A stretch of 64,000 bases of DNA, taken from assembly GCA_965203275.1 (NCBI GenBank), contig OZ241865.1:1088001-1152000 (forward strand). The letters are read 5' to 3'. Under the pieces are notes generated by a model, which ran no database searches, was not told the DNA's origin, and worked only from the letters and a program-made list of their open reading frames with translations. A program made the position numbers and the translations under genes. Positions 61,164 to 64,000 of the stretch are shown in pieces; position 1 is the first letter of the stretch; each line of letters opens with the position of its first letter. Origin of the DNA: Bdellovibrionales bacterium (GTDB lineage: Bacteria; Bdellovibrionota; Bdellovibrionia; Bdellovibrionales; JAUICD01).

Positions 61164-62423
61164 TTATTCCTTTGTTCTTATAATATTTCCTCCTAATGAA
61201 CAAAGTTTCTGCTCTAATTTTTCGTACCCTCTATCTAAATGATACACCCTATGAAGAGTTGTTGTACCTTCTGCGACAAGGGCTGCTAAAATTAAACTAG
61301 CACTTGCCCTTAAGTCTGTAGCTATTAAATCAGCTCCCTTTAATCTTATCGGTCCTCTTACGATAGCAACTTTTGTTTTAGGTGTAATATTTGCTCCTAA
61401 TCTTTTTAATTCTTGAACATGCATAAAGCGATTTTCAAAAATATTCTCTGTGATGACACTTACACCCTCTGCTTGTGTCATAAGAGCCATAAATTGAGCC
61501 TGAAGGTCTGTGGCAAACCCTGGATAGGGTGCAGTAGATATATCCACTGCTTGAAAGGATTTGCCAGGTGCAATGTGTACCCAATCTGCCCCTTCTCTGA
61601 GATAAAAACCTGCTTCTTTTAGTTTATCAATTAATGCTTTCAAATGCGATGGAATACAGTGTTGAATGGTCACATTGCCACCAGTGATGGCACCTGCTAT
61701 GAGAAAAGTTCCTGCTTCTATACGATCAGAGATAATACTATGGGCTTGTTCTACTGGCCTAAGGCATGGAACTCCCTTTATTTTAAGTAAACTGCTACCA
61801 GCACCTAGAATGTCAGCTCCCATTTTATTCAGATAATGAATAAGATCTGTGATTTCAGGTTCTTTGGCTGCATTTTCTATGATAGTTTCTCCTTCTGCCA
61901 TTACAGCAGCCATAAGTATATTTTCTGTCCCTCCTACAGTAACTCCATTAAAAATAATATGAGTTCCTTTAAGTTTTTCACACTTGCCATGAACGTAGCC
62001 ATCTTTGATTTGAAATGAAGCTCCCATAAGCTTAAGAGCTTCTATGTGCTGGTCAATAGGACGTGTTCCTATAGCACAGCCTCCTGGCAGACTGACAATG
62101 GCTTTCTTGCATCTTGCTAAAAGAGGACCTAGGCATAAAACACTAGCCCTCATTTTACTCACAAGCTCGTAGGGAGCTTTGATACTTTTAATTTGAGGGA
62201 TAGAAACTTTTAATTGTTTATCCTGTCTTTGAATAGTTGCCCCTAATTCTTTGAGAAGTAGAATAGTCGAATCCACATCTTTTAAATAAGGGACATTTGT
62301 AAAGGAATGTTTCCCTTCTGCTAAAAGTGTAGAAAACAAAATAGGCAAGACAGCATTTTTAGAGCCACTACAAGCTATTTCCCCTGACAGCTTGTGTCCT
62401 CCTTGAATAATTATTTTTTCCAT
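61164..62423 (-). CDS. murA: UDP-N-acetylglucosamine 1-carboxyvinyltransferase
   Basis: SGSKNAVLP, LPGGCAIGTRPIDQH, TDLRAS, HLDRGYE. Confidence 0.97.
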   Translation of the reverse strand: MEKIIIQGGHKLSGEIACSGSKNAVLPILFSTLLAEGKHSFTNVPYLKDVDSTILLLKELGATIQRQDKQLKVSIPQIKSIKAPYELVSKMRASVLCLGPLLARCKKAIVSLPGGCAIGTRPIDQHIEALKLMGASFQIKDGYVHGKCEKLKGTHIIFNGVTVGGTENILMAAVMAEGETIIENAAKEPEITDLIHYLNKMGADILGAGSSLLKIKGVPCLRPVEQAHSIISDRIEAGTFLIAGAITGGNVTIQHCIPSHLKALIDKLKEAGFYLREGADWVHIAPGKSFQAVDISTAPYPGFATDLQAQFMALMTQAEGVSVITENIFENRFMHVQELKRLGANITPKTKVAIVRGPIRLKGADLIATDLRASASLILAALVAEGTTTLHRVYHLDRGYEKLEQKLCSLGGNIIRTKE

Positions 62424-62540
62424 AGTCGTTTCCCCTCAATTTTTTTGTACATATCATTCTCAATCCTTTGTTTGGGCCTTTTATTATCTAATTTCGGTTA
62501 TTGTCGTCTACCCGTACGCACCTCTTTCAGAGATACGTGC

Positions 62541-62615
62541 GTTTGGTTCACTAAAAGTAAAGTGACCAGAGGTCAGACCACTTTTAGTGAAACAAAGCAC
62601 TTTGAGTGAAACAAC
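62541..62615. repeat. Family A end fragments (head-to-head fusion plus stacked end)
   Basis: GTTTGGTTCACTAAAAGTAAA|GTGACCAGAGGTCAGACCACTTTTAGTGAAAC..CACTTTGAGTGAAACAAC. Confidence 0.8.
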
Positions 62616-62619
62616 ATAG

Positions 62620-62730
62620 ATTTTCTAAAATTCTGCCACAAAAACAAAAACCTAGTGGCACAAAATCTCTTTTGACTCATAACCTACTGAATTTACTCAG
62701 TTTTATTTTTGCAGGCTATCAAACTCAGGA
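62620..62730. repeat. Family C dispersed repeat, copy 2
   Basis: Reverse complement of 46474-46588. Confidence 0.75.
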
Positions 62731-62972
62731 TGAGATTTTTAAATAGTCCTCTTAAAAAGCAAATGGATGATATAGAGAAATATTTAAACAACCATCTATC
62801 TTCACAAATCAAAGAAATAGAAGACAATATAAAGGCACTTAATCAGAAAATTGATCGCAATTTTGATAAGTCCACCGAACAAAACAATCAACGTCTTGAT
62901 AAGATGGCCGATCAGAACAGTCAAATTTTCAAAGATATAATGCTTTTATTAAAAGATAAAAAGAATAATTGA
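62730..62972 (+). pseudogene. Probably 5'-truncated coiled-coil protein paralog
   Basis: LNSPLKKQMDD..NHLSSQIKEI resembles 36359..36784 and 38456..38860 but lacks the TM segment; abuts family C end. Confidence 0.5.
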
Positions 62973-63223
62973 TGCCTAATCCTATACTGATCTCTTAACT
63001 CTCAAACTATACTATGAACTATCCCTCTGATTCTATTCTCAATATGAACCTATATAATAAAGTCTTTTAATCCTCAAAATCAAGATGCTTGGTTTATTTT
63101 CTCTACATTGCTACCGATAAGAACTATAACTGTGGTGTAAGACATCTAGTATACTTTGTGTCTTTCATGAACATGAAACCTAAGTAACTCAAAATATATG
63201 AAGTGAAAAAAGACTGTGTTATA

Positions 63224-64000
63224 ATGAAATATTTTTTATCTTTACTTTTGATTATCTTTTTGATTCACGGGGCATATCCCATCAATGCATTAGCACAGTC
63301 AGACGAAAGTTGGGAAACTCAACAAATACAACGAAGTTCTCAATCTCAACAAAATTTACCAAGTGGAACATTCACCTTACCTAATAACGTTTCAAGTGAT
63401 GTGTTTGTCAAAGACCTCATGGATCAAGGCTTGCTCAATCCTATCAATGATGCTTCTTCTATTAACTTATTTCAATCCATTTGTTCTTCTGTGCATATTT
63501 CCTCTTTAAATCAAAATCTCAACACATTTTGTGAGATCATCGTTGCTTCAGAAATTTGCCAAGCTATAGAGGATAAAGATGATCTTTTGCAATGCAATGA
63601 TTTTTCAAGATCAAAGAGTTTAAATCCTATTGAGTTTTTGGCTGGTTGTACAGAAGGTCTTTTTGATTCTTTAAGAGAAATCTTATCTTTCGTGTGGGAG
63701 ATAATTAAAGTTATTGGGAAGACTTTTTTAAGCCCTATTGACACAGCTACTCAAGCAGTACGTCAACAAGCTGAATATCTTAATTCAGTCAAATTATACC
63801 TTCAAACTGAATATGATAGAGCTTATCAAGAAGCTAATTTCCCTAAAGGATACAATGCAATGAAAGAGGTAGCTTCTGGTGTAGCTTTAATGCTTATAAA
63901 AACCCTTTCAGATGCTCTTTATCAAGGTTATCAACAGTTTGGATGCTTAAATGCTAAAGCGAGGACAGATGCTATTTGCAAAGTTGCCGGAGAGCTTTTT
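63224..64000 (+). CDS. Hypothetical secreted protein; runs off window end
   Basis: Not in ORF track. Manual translation MKYFLSLLLIIFLIHGAYPINALAQ... is open to 64000. Confidence 0.75.
   Translation, partial: MKYFLSLLLIIFLIHGAYPINALAQSDESWETQQIQRSSQSQQNLPSGTFTLPNNVSSDVFVKDLMDQGLLNPINDASSINLFQSICSSVHISSLNQNLNTFCEIIVASEICQAIEDKDDLLQCNDFSRSKSLNPIEFLAGCTEGLFDSLREILSFVWEIIKVIGKTFLSPIDTATQAVRQQAEYLNSVKLYLQTEYDRAYQEANFPKGYNAMKEVASGVALMLIKTLSDALYQGYQQFGCLNAKARTDAICKVAGELF

Overview
AT-rich bacterial chromosomal window, most likely from a Bdellovibrionota-like lineage (inference from FNNC-type lipoboxes, pilMNOP and gene content). The housekeeping backbone includes uppS, a CoaB-like gene, ispA, xseAB, pilMNOP, clpB/hsp20, ftsH, speE/speD, dapA, ssb, murA and two-component genes. 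Accessory genes include ankyrin proteins, a 10x Cys/His-repeat lipoprotein, a vWA Pro-rich lipoprotein, a giant pilin-like Cys-rich protein behind a poly-C tract, an eroded Druantia-like DUF1998 helicase locus and an Rpn/YhgA nuclease with a likely internal antitoxin start. The most striking signal is non-coding. Seven intergenic zones are built from a family of ~140-nt multi-stem repeats (family A) whose stems differ between copies but keep their pairing. These copies are stacked as truncated pieces joined through variable A/C-only tails. They are interleaved with other hairpin modules and with a GGGATCY-heptamer-flanked four-helix-bundle gene whose RBS is hidden in a hairpin. No transposase or reverse transcriptase that would explain them is encoded in this window. 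No rRNA, tRNA or CRISPR array was seen.
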